A DNA stretch of 64,000 nucleotides from Bacteroidaceae bacterium (GCA_017651245.1 JAGCDQ010000024.1:15516-79515); one strand, 5' to 3'; shown: positions 42,782 through 53,423, numbered from the stretch's first letter. Notes: generated by a model from the sequence alone, not told the origin. Translations and numbers: made by a program.

Positions 42782-44410
42782 TTATCCTTCATCATCGCTC
42801 ACCAAGTCTGTAAGGGTACGCTTGAAACGTCCCCATGCACTATTTTCCTTGGTCGCGTTATTTACATGATCTGTTAATTCATCTACGGCATCTTTGAGCA
42901 TTTCCGCCAATTCTGAGCCTTCCTTAAGACTCTGCTTGAACTTATCCTTGCCTTCCAATGCCTTGACCGCCTTCTCATATTTCTCGCCAATGGTTTCGTC
43001 AAGAATTGTAAGAGAAAGTTCTTTCGCTCTCTGACGCACTTTCTTGTCGCTACCGTACTTCTTCACCTCATCGTTCTGTTTCCTTACTTTGTCAATAGCC
43101 GTACGAATTTCAGACTTAATACTGTCAAATGCCGTTGCATCCTGCTCCTCTGCCTTCGCAGCAGCTTCTGCCTCTTCTTGGCGCCTACGACGCTCTTCAT
43201 CCTTCATCTGCTGGTCAAACATGTCTGGAGCGCGTCCGATGTCTTCTCCTCCACAAGAAACTGTACCTGCAAGGAGAAGAGAAACAATAGTGGTTGCTGC
43301 GGCACTATCCAAAGAAATGCCCGTAGCATTCGACGTCTTGACAACCACCTGATTAACCTTGTTGGCAATACGAACTTTGTCAACCTTTGTGCTCTTCGTG
43401 AATGCTCTTACGATATTCTTCATGTTACTACCGCCACCAGTAATAACAATCCCTGCCAACAACTTACCGCTATAGTCGGAATTGATAATCTGACTGCTGA
43501 TATTCGCGATGATCTCGCCCATACGTGCTTCTGCCACATTCTTAATGGTGGAAACATCTATCTGGCGACCATCCGATGTCGTGTAATACTGGGTTTCAGA
43601 TTCCTCTGAAGTTTCAAACTCCTGACATGCATCACCATATTTCAATTTCACTTCTTCTGTCTCAGCTTCATCGATCGGCAAGGTTGAGAGGTCTTTGTTG
43701 ATGTTATTGCTTCCCAGTGGGATGGTCACAAGATAACGCACAATGTTATTCTTATAAACCACCAAGGTTGTTGTATCCGCACCCAAGTCAATCAACGCAC
43801 ATCCCGAACGCTTTTCCGCATCAGTCAGCACATTGTTCGCCAACTGAAGTGGAGAAATCAACCCCTCCACAATATCCACACCTACATTCGCGAACACCGT
43901 CTCAATATTCGTACGAAGGTTATTCTTCGCAATCACATCCAGGAACTCACCTTCGATGTTTGTTCCCATCACACCCACAGGATCAGCAATCGCGCTTGAA
44001 TCCACCACATACTCCTGAGGGAAGTTCTCCAGCACCTCATAGTCATTGAAAGGAATCTCATAGCTTTCCTGACGAATCGCGTCAATTGCTTCATTCGTGA
44101 TGTAGCTTTGAGTCAGTAGATTACGCTTGATGATGCACTTGTAAGAGCGCATCGACTGACCGCCCAAGCCCACATAGGCACGAGTGATTTTCGTCTTGAG
44201 CACTGCCTCCAACTTCGCGATGATGGTATTCACACTCTGATAGGTCTTCTCGATGTTATAAACGACACCCCTTTTCACGCAGCCCGCTGTCTTTTCCTCA
44301 GCGTATGCGAGAATCTGCATCGTTCCATCCTTTTTCTTACCTGCTATGCCCGAAATCTTGGAAGAACCAAGTTCGATGGCAACGATGAAATCTTTATCAG
44401 AATTTGTCAT
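42782..44410 (-). CDS. ftsA: Cell division protein FtsA with a ~150-aa charged coiled-coil-like C-terminal extension
   Basis: Actin-like ATPase core (FIVAIELGSSKISGIAG, ALIDLGADTTTLVVY, VITGGGSNM). Lies between ftsQ and ftsZ. The C-terminus is rich in E/K/R/A and ends with the amphipathic WGRFKRTLTDLV. Confidence 0.9.
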   Translation of the reverse strand: MTNSDKDFIVAIELGSSKISGIAGKKKDGTMQILAYAEEKTAGCVKRGVVYNIEKTYQSVNTIIAKLEAVLKTKITRAYVGLGGQSMRSYKCIIKRNLLTQSYITNEAIDAIRQESYEIPFNDYEVLENFPQEYVVDSSAIADPVGVMGTNIEGEFLDVIAKNNLRTNIETVFANVGVDIVEGLISPLQLANNVLTDAEKRSGCALIDLGADTTTLVVYKNNIVRYLVTIPLGSNNINKDLSTLPIDEAETEEVKLKYGDACQEFETSEESETQYYTTSDGRQIDVSTIKNVAEARMGEIIANISSQIINSDYSGKLLAGIVITGGGSNMKNIVRAFTKSTKVDKVRIANKVNQVVVKTSNATGISLDSAAATTIVSLLLAGTVSCGGEDIGRAPDMFDQQMKDEERRRRQEEAEAAAKAEEQDATAFDSIKSEIRTAIDKVRKQNDEVKKYGSDKKVRQRAKELSLTILDETIGEKYEKAVKALEGKDKFKQSLKEGSELAEMLKDAVDELTDHVNNATKENSAWGRFKRTLTDLVSDDEG

Positions 44411-44473
44411 ACTATATTTTGATTTACAGTTTTATTTCTAAATTTCGCTTGGCTAACCGCTAAACTCTATACC

Positions 44474-45238
44474 CTATTTGCGTTTTGTGCAGATAATCTG
44501 GTTGTCATATTCAAGGTTTACCCTCGCATATTTTTTCCATCCTACCGTTCCAACTGCCTTATCGTAGAAAGTTCTGAGTTTACGAAGTTTCTTGGGGTAG
44601 TCATCCAATGAACCCAAATAGATAATCTGGTCTCCCACCCTTGGAACAATCTCCACCACACGCTTCCCTTTTCGGTCTTTCATCACATATAGTTGCTCTA
44701 TCTGGTTGTTCCAAAATTCATCGGTTTGCAGGAACTGACCGAATTCAGCCAATTCTTTACTTGCATACTTCTCATCTATATTGCCTGAAGCCACCACCAG
44801 ATTGGTGGCACTATTTCGATTCGGGATGATTTTGCCCTGTGCATCCACAAAATAACCATCTTTACCCTCTGGAATTACAAAGATAACGGGAACTCTCTGC
44901 TCCACATTCACACAGAGTTTTCCGTTGGCAGATTTATAGCACTCCACTTTCGAAATAAATTCATTGCCTCGGATAGTCTCCTCTATCTTCTCCGTATCCA
45001 CATCCTTCATCAGCATACCCTTCGGATACACGTTGGCATTCTTCAGCATTTTTTCGATGTCCTTTGCATCCACAAACATAGATGCACCTTTGTCCTTCTC
45101 CACCGTCAGTTCCACAGCCAAGCATCGTTCTTCCTCATCGGGACCCGACAAGAAGAACATCGCATAAACGATGTAAGTCATCAACCCCAGTGAGAGCAAT
45201 GACAGCACCGTAAACTTGACTATTTTGGACATCTTCAT
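44474..45238 (-). CDS. ftsQ: Cell division protein FtsQ
   Basis: 254 aa with a single N-terminal TM and a POTRA-like region. Conserved position between murC and ftsA. Confidence 0.75.
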   Translation of the reverse strand: MKMSKIVKFTVLSLLSLGLMTYIVYAMFFLSGPDEEERCLAVELTVEKDKGASMFVDAKDIEKMLKNANVYPKGMLMKDVDTEKIEETIRGNEFISKVECYKSANGKLCVNVEQRVPVIFVIPEGKDGYFVDAQGKIIPNRNSATNLVVASGNIDEKYASKELAEFGQFLQTDEFWNNQIEQLYVMKDRKGKRVVEIVPRVGDQIIYLGSLDDYPKKLRKLRTFYDKAVGTVGWKKYARVNLEYDNQIICTKRK

Positions 45239-45250
45239 GATTCTTCTCTT

Positions 45251-46624
45251 TTATTTCGAGAGTATTTCAGTTATCTGAGGTACATAATTCTCAATATCTC
45301 CAGCACCCAACGACATCAGCACATCAAAGTTCCTCCCACGAGCCACATCGAGAATATCTTCCTTATGAATGAGATGCTTCTCAATGCCTGGACGCAAATT
45401 ATCGTAGATGAGTTTACTGGTCACCCCCTCAATCGGCAACTCACGAGCTGGATAAATATCGCAGAGATAGACACAATCAAGCAATGACAATGCCGAAGCA
45501 AACTCTTTATAGAAGTCACGAGTACGAGTATACAGATGGGGTTGAAAGATGGCAGCAATCTTTTTGTCTTGATACAACTCCCTCACAGATTTCACACTCT
45601 GCTCAATCTCGTTCGGATGATGAGCGTAATCGCTGAGGAACACCATCTTCTCGTTCTTCACCTTAAAATCAAAACGGCGGTCAACGCCCTTGAAGCTCTT
45701 CATCCCCTCTCGCAATTCATCATCAGTCACACCATTCAGGATTGCCAAAGCCATCGCTGCAATGCCATTTTCGATGTTGATGCTTACAGGCACTCCCAAC
45801 TGGATGTCCTTCACCACACCCTGAGGATGCACAAAGTCGAACACGATTTCACCGCCACCGATACGGATATTCTCAGCATGAAAATCGCCTTCCTCTCGAG
45901 CATACTCATACACTTTCACACCCTCCTGCACATCAGCCTTCATCTCCAATCCCTTGTGGATAATCAATGCACCACCTGGCTGAATGAGCGTGGTATATTT
46001 ACGGAAACTCTCCAGATACGCTTCTTTGGTTCCGTAGATGTCCAAATGGTCAGGATCGGTTGCTGTAATAACAGTCATATAAGGACGCAGCCAATGGAAA
46101 GAACGGTCAAACTCATCCGCTTCAATCACCACATAGTCACTATCGCTAAGAATATAATTCGTTCCGTAATTCTTCGAAATACCGCCAAGGAAAGCATTGC
46201 AATCCACCTGACTCTGGTGCAACAAATGAGCAGCCATCGTCGAAGTGGTGGTCTTTCCATGGGTACCAGCCACACACAATCCCTTATGCGACTGTGTCAG
46301 GAAGCCCAACACTTGTGCACGTTTCTGAATGTCAAAACCCTGTTCACGGAAATAGACCATTTCTTTGTGTTCTGCAGGAATCGCTGGCGTATATACCACC
46401 AACGTGCTATCTTTCTGCTTGAAACAATCATCAATAGTCTCCACATTCTCCTCATAATGGATCTTGGCACCCTCCTCTATCAACTTTTCCGTCAACTCAC
46501 TTGGTGTCTTGTCATAACCGCCCACGTTATAACCTTTCGTCAGGAAATAGCGAACCAATGCGCTCATGCCAATGCCACCAGCACCTACAAAATATACGGA
46601 TTTCAACTCTTTCGTCTGCATCAC
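45251..46624 (-). CDS. murC: UDP-N-acetylmuramate--L-alanine ligase
   Basis: VYFVGAGGIGMSALV and the Mur ligase P-loop VAGTHGKTTTS. 457 aa, in the expected dcw position. Confidence 0.93.
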   Translation of the reverse strand: MMQTKELKSVYFVGAGGIGMSALVRYFLTKGYNVGGYDKTPSELTEKLIEEGAKIHYEENVETIDDCFKQKDSTLVVYTPAIPAEHKEMVYFREQGFDIQKRAQVLGFLTQSHKGLCVAGTHGKTTTSTMAAHLLHQSQVDCNAFLGGISKNYGTNYILSDSDYVVIEADEFDRSFHWLRPYMTVITATDPDHLDIYGTKEAYLESFRKYTTLIQPGGALIIHKGLEMKADVQEGVKVYEYAREEGDFHAENIRIGGGEIVFDFVHPQGVVKDIQLGVPVSINIENGIAAMALAILNGVTDDELREGMKSFKGVDRRFDFKVKNEKMVFLSDYAHHPNEIEQSVKSVRELYQDKKIAAIFQPHLYTRTRDFYKEFASALSLLDCVYLCDIYPARELPIEGVTSKLIYDNLRPGIEKHLIHKEDILDVARGRNFDVLMSLGAGDIENYVPQITEILSK

Positions 46625-47757
46625 TTTTGTTTGTTTTTATATTCTACAGCCAACTTATAAACTTCATCAGCTATCACATCTGCTGCATTGTGCAAAGCAA
46701 GCATCTTCACATTGCCACTCAGCGACTCCAGTTTCATATCATCCCTCACTGTCTTGAGCGCCACACTTATCAACTTGTCCTTCGCATCCTTATCCCTCAC
46801 CAGAATTGCCGCACCTCGGTTCGAGAGCGCCAACGCATTCTTCGTCTGATGATCTTCTGCCACATTGGGCGATGGAACCAAGATACAAGGTTTGCCTAAT
46901 ATGCACAACTCCGAAATGGAACTTGCTCCCGCACGACTTACTACGATGTCGGATGCAGCATACGCATTGTCCATACTGCCAATGAAATCCATCACCTTCA
47001 TATTCTCAACTTGTGCGACCTTACTCAGTTCCTCGGTAATCTGTTCACTGTAATATTTGCCTGTCTGCCAGATGAACTGCACATCACTGTTACGAATGTC
47101 ATCCAAGTGAGCAAGCACACTCTCATTCATTGTTCTTGCACCCAAGCTACCACCGACAATCAGCACCGTCTTCTTGTCCGGATCCAATCCAAAACTCTTT
47201 CGGGCTTCTTCTTTCGAGATATTATTCTCCAACAGATTCTGACGAACCGGATTGCCAGTCATGATGATCTTCTCGGCAGGGAAGAAACGCGACATGCCGC
47301 TATATGCCACACAAACCACCTTCGCTTTCTTTGCCAAAGACTTATTAGTCACTCCTGCGTAAGAGTTTTGTTCCTGAATCAGACAAGGGATACCCATTGA
47401 GTAAGCGGCATTCAACGTGGGAGCAGAAGCATAGCCACCCACACCGACAGCCACCTGGGGTTTGAAGTCACGAATAATCTTCTTCACCATTTTCTTGCTC
47501 TTCAGGAAATCCATCATGACGCCAATATTCTTGGGACTCCACAACGGACGAGCAAGTCCTCTGACAGGAAGTCCTTCTATCTTGTAGCCTGCAGCTGGAA
47601 CTCGCTGCATCTCCATACGTCCCAAAGCACCCACAAACAGGATCTCTGCTTCTGGATGATGTTTCTTAATCGCATTTGCTATCGACACCGCCGGAAAGAT
47701 GTGTCCACCCGTTCCACCGCCACTGATAATCACTCTCAAAGGCTTGTTTTGCTCCAT
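46621..47757 (-). CDS. murG: Undecaprenyl-PP-MurNAc-pentapeptide-UDP-GlcNAc GlcNAc transferase
   Basis: ISGGGTGGHIFPAVSIA signature. 378 aa, overlapping the murC start by 4 nt. Confidence 0.93.
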   Translation of the reverse strand: MEQNKPLRVIISGGGTGGHIFPAVSIANAIKKHHPEAEILFVGALGRMEMQRVPAAGYKIEGLPVRGLARPLWSPKNIGVMMDFLKSKKMVKKIIRDFKPQVAVGVGGYASAPTLNAAYSMGIPCLIQEQNSYAGVTNKSLAKKAKVVCVAYSGMSRFFPAEKIIMTGNPVRQNLLENNISKEEARKSFGLDPDKKTVLIVGGSLGARTMNESVLAHLDDIRNSDVQFIWQTGKYYSEQITEELSKVAQVENMKVMDFIGSMDNAYAASDIVVSRAGASSISELCILGKPCILVPSPNVAEDHQTKNALALSNRGAAILVRDKDAKDKLISVALKTVRDDMKLESLSGNVKMLALHNAADVIADEVYKLAVEYKNKQK

Positions 47758-47795
47758 TTCCCGTTACTTGCTTTCTGTATAGTATTTTATTGTGG

Positions 47796-47803
47796 CAAAG
47801 ATA
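47796..47803 (-). promoter_or_regulatory. Possible internal dcw promoter (-7 box TATCTTTG) in the 131-nt ftsW-murG gap
   Basis: The reverse complement of caaagata, 39 nt upstream of the murG ATG (47757). Confidence 0.4.
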
Positions 47804-47888
47804 CAAAAATTTGATGGATGGGCAAGCATAAATACCCATAATTTATCAAAAAACCCTGCTTTTTTTTCGTCCGAATGTCCTTTTGACT

Positions 47889-49223
47889 TTAAGACATCGC
47901 TCCGTCAGTATAATACTCGCTGGTTTCGCCATCAGGGACAGCCTCCACCAGAGGTGCTTTCATCTCTTTTTTCTCGGCATAACGGCTCACGCTCAATATC
48001 ACACCAATATAGAAACTTGTGATGAGGATGGATGTTCCGCCCTTGCTGATCAAAGGCAATGTTTGTCCTGTAACAGGGATCAAACCCACAGCCACACTCA
48101 TATTCACAAACGCTTGCAAAACCATCATGATGCCAAATCCCAGCACCAGATAGGCAGGGAAGAAACTCGTACATCGCTGCGCTATTCGTCCCACACGGAT
48201 GAGCAAAGCCAAATAAAGGAAGGCGACGAAAAACGCCCCCACAATGCCCATCTCTTCCACGATGATGGCATAGATGAAATCCGACTCTGCGTGTTGCAGG
48301 AAGTCACGCTGGATAGAGTTACCCGGTCCTAAGCCAATCACGTCCGAATTGGCGATGGCAATAGAGGCATAGGTTGTCTGCGAATTGTCATCGTCCAGCA
48401 GAATCTCTATCTCGCTTTTGCTCGCCTTCTTCTTGTCATCATCCGAACCCAGGTTGAATTTACGCATCACACGGTGTTTCACCGTCACCAAACGCTTTGT
48501 CATCGAGGTCTCGTTAAGCACCTTTTCAGGAGTCACCATTGCCACCATTCCGACAACAGCCCCCATGAACACCAGCACCATGATTCCCTTGAACATCAGA
48601 TCTTGCGGCACATGACCGATAAACATCATCACCAGCACGACAAAGAACAGCATCAGTCCTGTTGACATATTGTCCATCATGATGAGTCCACAAACCAACA
48701 GCGCAGCACCGCCAACAATAGCGAAAGCCAGATAGCGGCGTCCCTTGATGGCACCCACCACCTTCCGCTTTCGTCCACGCACCCATTCTTCCTTTTCTGT
48801 CTGCGTCTTGGCAAGCACCATCGCTGCAGTCATCAGGAGGGCTGCTTTTGCAATCTCTGAAGGCTGGAAACGGATACCAAAGAAGTCCACCCAGCGATTG
48901 GTGGCATTCACCATACTACCGCCACCAAACACCGCCGTATAGAGCAGCAAAATCACGGCAACGGGCAACAAAACAAATGGGAGAAGCATGAACCACTTGC
49001 AAGGGATGCGATGCACCAACAGAATGATGACAAAGCCAAACAAAAGGAATCCTGCCTGGCTCACCATCGGTGCCCAGTGATGACCTCCTTCGAACGTCAG
49101 ACGGCTCGAAGCACTATATACTTCCACCAGTGAAATCATGCACAGGAAGAAGTAGATCATCCACACTCCTTTGTCACCTTTGAAAAGGTTCCCTCCGAAC
49201 AAGGCGTTCACAAATTTTCCCAT
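47889..49223 (-). CDS. ftsW: FtsW/RodA/SpoVE-family cell division protein (peptidoglycan glycosyltransferase)
   Basis: 444 aa polytopic membrane protein with SEDS-like segments (RFQPSEIAKAALLM, GLIPVTGQTLPLISKGGTS), located between murD and murG. Confidence 0.88.
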   Translation of the reverse strand: MGKFVNALFGGNLFKGDKGVWMIYFFLCMISLVEVYSASSRLTFEGGHHWAPMVSQAGFLLFGFVIILLVHRIPCKWFMLLPFVLLPVAVILLLYTAVFGGGSMVNATNRWVDFFGIRFQPSEIAKAALLMTAAMVLAKTQTEKEEWVRGRKRKVVGAIKGRRYLAFAIVGGAALLVCGLIMMDNMSTGLMLFFVVLVMMFIGHVPQDLMFKGIMVLVFMGAVVGMVAMVTPEKVLNETSMTKRLVTVKHRVMRKFNLGSDDDKKKASKSEIEILLDDDNSQTTYASIAIANSDVIGLGPGNSIQRDFLQHAESDFIYAIIVEEMGIVGAFFVAFLYLALLIRVGRIAQRCTSFFPAYLVLGFGIMMVLQAFVNMSVAVGLIPVTGQTLPLISKGGTSILITSFYIGVILSVSRYAEKKEMKAPLVEAVPDGETSEYYTDGAMS

Positions 49224-49238
49224 ATATCATCCATGCTT

Positions 49239-50570
49239 TTACAGATTCTTCACGCACTCCTTGAATTGCTCACCACGATCTTCCATATTCTTGAACAGAT
49301 CGAAGCTTGCACAACAAGGGCTCAACAGCACAGTGCTACCAGGTTTTGCCATCTTATAGCACTCATCCACACAGTCTTTCATGCTCTTCACATCAGCAAT
49401 CGGAATACCAAATCCATCGAATGCTGCATGCAATTTCGAATTGTCAACACCAAGGAAGACAAGTCCGATACACTTCTCCTTCACCAAGTCAAATATCTCC
49501 GAATAGTCATTTCCCTTGTCCTTACCGCCCAAGATGAGAACGACTGGGGTGCGCATACTATCGAGTGCGTACCAACAAGCATTGACGTTCGTGGCTTTCG
49601 AGTCATTGATGAAATCCACGCCACGCACCCTACCCGCTTTCTCCAGACGATGTTCCACGCCCTCAAAGGTCTTCAAACCTTCACGGATTTGTTCCTTGCT
49701 CACGCCCGCCAAATCAGCTGTGATACCTGCAGCAAGAGAGTTGTAGAGATTATGTTTGCCACGAAGTGCCAGTTCTTCCTGCTCCATGTTGAAAGGTGTA
49801 GGACCTTCAATCACATATTCATCCTTATCCACATAACCAATCACGCTGTTACTCTTGAATTCACTGAATGGACAGAGCTTTGCCTTGATGTTATACTTCT
49901 TCAGTTCCTCCGTCACGATAGGGTCATCATTCCAGAAGACGAATGCATCATCAGGGGTCTGATTCTGGATGATACGCATCTTTGAATCGACATAATTCTG
50001 CATCTTGAAGTCATAACGGTCGAGGTGGTCAGGCGTGATGTTCATCAACACGGCAATATCTGCCTTGAAGTCATACATGTTGTCCAGTTGGAAACTGCTC
50101 AACTCAATCACATAGTAATCGTGCTGTTCCTCAGCCACTTGCAAAGCAAGACTACTACCGATATTACCTGCCAATCCCACGTTGTAGCCCGCATTTTTCA
50201 GGATGTGGTAGATGAGCGATGTGGTGGTCGTCTTACCATTACTACCTGTGATACAAATCATCTTCGCTTGGGTGTATCTGCCCGCAAATTCTATCTCAGA
50301 GATGATAGGAATCTTCTTCTCCTTGATCTTCAGAATCATGGGCGCATTCTCAGGGATGCCGGGACTCTTGATCACCTCGTCGGCATTGAGAATCAGCTCC
50401 TCCGTATGACGTCCTTCCTCCCAGACAATCTCATGACTGTTCAGAAGTTCCTTATACTTGTCTTTGATGGTTGACATATCGCTGACAAACACATCAAAAC
50501 CCTTTTTCTTTGCCAATACAGCAGCTCCGGCACCGCTTTCAGCTGCACCCAATACAACAATTCTTTTCAT
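49239..50570 (-). CDS. murD: UDP-N-acetylmuramoylalanine--D-glutamate ligase
   Basis: IVVLGAAESGAGAA N-terminus and Mur ligase P-loop ITGSNGKTTTT. 443 aa. Confidence 0.93.
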   Translation of the reverse strand: MKRIVVLGAAESGAGAAVLAKKKGFDVFVSDMSTIKDKYKELLNSHEIVWEEGRHTEELILNADEVIKSPGIPENAPMILKIKEKKIPIISEIEFAGRYTQAKMICITGSNGKTTTTSLIYHILKNAGYNVGLAGNIGSSLALQVAEEQHDYYVIELSSFQLDNMYDFKADIAVLMNITPDHLDRYDFKMQNYVDSKMRIIQNQTPDDAFVFWNDDPIVTEELKKYNIKAKLCPFSEFKSNSVIGYVDKDEYVIEGPTPFNMEQEELALRGKHNLYNSLAAGITADLAGVSKEQIREGLKTFEGVEHRLEKAGRVRGVDFINDSKATNVNACWYALDSMRTPVVLILGGKDKGNDYSEIFDLVKEKCIGLVFLGVDNSKLHAAFDGFGIPIADVKSMKDCVDECYKMAKPGSTVLLSPCCASFDLFKNMEDRGEQFKECVKNL

Positions 50571-51826
50571 CTGATTTTCAAAGTTATAATTGTAATAGCG
50601 GCAAGCAGGATTGTGACAATCCAGAATCTTGTCGTAATCATCGATTCAAACAACAAGCCATGTGGACGTTTGATGAGGTATTTCACGCCGTCCTCCATAC
50701 GATGACGATAGTGGTCGTGGAAAGGAGCCCGTTTAAACACTCTCCATTTCTCACCCCTCGCATTACCCTTCTTGGCGTATGCCACCTGGAGCATCACAGA
50801 AACGCTCTCCATCAGGAAAATACCACACATGATGGGCAGCAGCAATTCCTTGTGAATGATTATCGCCGTCACAGCAATCACGCCACCAATGGCAAGGCTA
50901 CCTGTATCACCCATAAACACCTTAGCTGGATAGGCATTGTACCAAAGGAAACCAACCAATGCACCCACAAAGGCACTCAGGAACACCATCACCTCTTCCG
51001 TACCCGGTATATACATGACATTCAAATAGCTGGCGAATTGGATATGACCACTCACATACGCCAAAATACCTAACGTCACACCGATAATAGCAGAGTTGCC
51101 AGCACACATTCCATCCATACCGTCATTCAGGTTCGCTCCATTGCTGACTGCAGCAATCACGAAGGTGGTGACCAACACAAACAAAATCCAGCCACACGCA
51201 CGCTTGGTCTTACCATCTTGAATAAAACTGAACACTTCGTAATAGTCAATGTTGTTACTCTTCACAAACGGCACCGTCGTCACCGTGCTCTTTCTGGATT
51301 CACTCATGTGGTACACTTCCACCTTATCTCCAATCTCACGTTCCACATTTTCGCGCACCACCGCATCAGGACTCAGCCAAAGCGTCAGACCTACACAAAT
51401 ACCGAACAACAGCTGAGCCAGCATCTTCCATCGGGGTGCAAGACCATCCTTATTGCCTCCCAACTTGATCTTATCGTCCAAGAAGCCAATCACACCGAAG
51501 AAGGCAATAGTGGCAATCAGCAGCACCATATAGACATTGCTCAACTTGCCCAACAGCAAGGCTGGCACTAACACCGCTGCCAAGATGACCACACCACCCA
51601 TCGAAGGAACGCCCTTCTTCTGCACCCCATAGGGGTCAATAGAAGCATCGCGCGCCTCTTCTATATGCTTTTTCTTACGCATAAACTTGATGAAGTACTC
51701 ACCTGCCACCATTGAAATAATCAGCGAAAGGATCAATGATGTCAAAGCCCTGAAAGACACATAACTGAACATACCTGCACCAGGAATGTCAAGTCCGTCC
51801 AAATATTTGAAGAATTCGTATAACAT
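50567..51826 (-). CDS. mraY: Phospho-N-acetylmuramoyl-pentapeptide transferase
   Basis: 419 aa polytopic membrane protein. MraY motifs (GFLDDKIKL, NGANLNDGMDGM, FMGDTGSLAIGG, HHHFE-like FHDHY). Overlaps the murD start by 4 nt. Confidence 0.93.
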   Translation of the reverse strand: MLYEFFKYLDGLDIPGAGMFSYVSFRALTSLILSLIISMVAGEYFIKFMRKKKHIEEARDASIDPYGVQKKGVPSMGGVVILAAVLVPALLLGKLSNVYMVLLIATIAFFGVIGFLDDKIKLGGNKDGLAPRWKMLAQLLFGICVGLTLWLSPDAVVRENVEREIGDKVEVYHMSESRKSTVTTVPFVKSNNIDYYEVFSFIQDGKTKRACGWILFVLVTTFVIAAVSNGANLNDGMDGMCAGNSAIIGVTLGILAYVSGHIQFASYLNVMYIPGTEEVMVFLSAFVGALVGFLWYNAYPAKVFMGDTGSLAIGGVIAVTAIIIHKELLLPIMCGIFLMESVSVMLQVAYAKKGNARGEKWRVFKRAPFHDHYRHRMEDGVKYLIKRPHGLLFESMITTRFWIVTILLAAITIITLKIR

Positions 51827-51840
51827 ATTTTGTCTGTCAA

Positions 51841-51915
51841 ATAAATCTCAAATCTCAACCTTCAGCTCGGCGGAGCCAAACCTCAAATCTCAAACCTCAA
51901 ATCTCAAACCTCAAA
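51841..51915 (-). repeat. murE-mraY junction filled by GRTTTGA heptamers flanking a 38-nt conserved core
   Basis: The minus strand reads (GGTTTGA GATTTGA)x2 ... GAGGTTTGGCTCCGCCGAGCTGAAGGTTGAGATTTGAG ... The core is 35/38 identical to 53382-53419. Confidence 0.8.
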
Positions 51916-53356
51916 AGCAAGCTTTCACCTCTTCCTTATCATCGAAATGATGCTTCACACCCTTCACGTCTTGATAATCCTCATGTCCCTTGCCAGCAAT
52001 GAGAATCACATCACCACTCTTCGCCATCATGCAAGCAGTTTTAATGGCCTGACGACGATCCACGATGGCAATCACCTTCTTCATCTGCTCCTCATCCAAC
52101 CCTGCCAGCATATCATTGATGATATCCTGAGGCTCCTCAAATCGGGGGTTATCACTGGTGATGATGACGCGGTCACTCTGCTTCACCGCCTCACGCGCCA
52201 TCAACGGACGCTTGCCCTTGTCACGATTACCGCCAGCACCACAGACGGTGATGACTTCACCCTTTCCTTCCAACACGCCATGAATGGCATTCAGCACATT
52301 CTCCAACGCATCAGGAGTGTGGGCATAATCCACAATCGCCGTGTAGCCAGAAGGAGAGCGGAGCGCCTCAAAACGTCCGTTCACAGGCTTCATCGCACTC
52401 AATGCCACCAGCACATCCTGTTCATCCTTACCCAGCATGATGGCAGCACCATACACCGCCAGCAGGTTGCTCACATTGAACTTGCCGATAAACTGCACGC
52501 CCACCTCTTTCCCGTTGATATTGAGATACATGCCCTCAAAGTGGCATTCAACAATCTTTGCCTTGAAGTCGGCAGGACTTTGTACAGAATAGGTCTTCAC
52601 CTGCGCCTTCGTGTTCTGCACCATCACCATACCATTCTTGTCATCAGCATTGGTGATCGCAAAAGCTTCTTTGGGCAGATTATCAAAGAAGAGTTTCTTT
52701 GCCTTGATATAGTTCTCGAACGTCTTGTGGTAATCAAGGTGGTCACGCGTAATGTTGGTGAACAAGCCCCCAGCAAATGTCAAACCACCGATACGATTCT
52801 GTACGATACTATGGCTGCTCACTTCCATGAAGGCATATTCACATCCTGCCTCCACCATCCGAGCCAAGAGGGCATTGAGCGTGATAGGGTCAGGCGTTGT
52901 ATGTTCTGTCGGAATGGCTTCACCATCCACATAGTTGCACACCGTGGAGAGCAATCCTGCTTTATGTCCCATGTGACGGAACATTTCGTAAAGCACAGTG
53001 GCGATGGTGGTCTTTCCATTGGTACCCGTCACACCCACCAGTTTCAGTTTCTTGGTTGGGTCACCATAGAAAGTGGTTGACACTTGTCCGACGCTCTGTT
53101 CTGTGTTTGCCACTCGCACATAAGTCACATTTGCATCCGCATCCGCTGGAATTGTCTCACACAACACAGCGCAGGCTCCCAGTTCCTGTGCCTTCCCAAT
53201 ATAGTTGTGTCCGTCAGCCGCTGTGCCTCTCACAGCCATAAAGAGATGACCTGTAGCCACCTGACGGGAATCAATCTGCACACCACAGATTTCTCGCTCC
53301 AGATCGCCCTTGACTTCAAGGACATCGAGCTTACTTACGAGTGTCTTTAATTTCAT
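51911..53356 (-). CDS. murE: UDP-MurNAc-L-Ala-D-Glu--2,6-diaminopimelate ligase
   Basis: Mur ligase P-loop [10 protein letters not shown]. The DNPR motif (ITSDNPRFE) is typical of DAP-adding MurE. 481 aa. Confidence 0.92.
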   Translation of the reverse strand: MKLKTLVSKLDVLEVKGDLEREICGVQIDSRQVATGHLFMAVRGTAADGHNYIGKAQELGACAVLCETIPADADANVTYVRVANTEQSVGQVSTTFYGDPTKKLKLVGVTGTNGKTTIATVLYEMFRHMGHKAGLLSTVCNYVDGEAIPTEHTTPDPITLNALLARMVEAGCEYAFMEVSSHSIVQNRIGGLTFAGGLFTNITRDHLDYHKTFENYIKAKKLFFDNLPKEAFAITNADDKNGMVMVQNTKAQVKTYSVQSPADFKAKIVECHFEGMYLNINGKEVGVQFIGKFNVSNLLAVYGAAIMLGKDEQDVLVALSAMKPVNGRFEALRSPSGYTAIVDYAHTPDALENVLNAIHGVLEGKGEVITVCGAGGNRDKGKRPLMAREAVKQSDRVIITSDNPRFEEPQDIINDMLAGLDEEQMKKVIAIVDRRQAIKTACMMAKSGDVILIAGKGHEDYQDVKGVKHHFDDKEEVKACF

Positions 53357-53375
53357 ATCTTAGATCTTTTTCTAT

Positions 53376-53422
53376 TCTCAAACCTCAAATCTCAACCTTC
53401 AGTTCAGCAGAGCCAAACCTCC
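53376..53422 (-). repeat. ftsI-murE junction: a second copy of the 38-nt core plus GRTTTGA heptamers
   Basis: The plus strand ctcaaatctcaaccttcagTtcAgcAgagccaaacctc compares with ctcaaatctcaaccttcagCtcGgcGgagccaaacctc at 51848-51885. Confidence 0.8.
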
Positions 53423-53423
53423 A

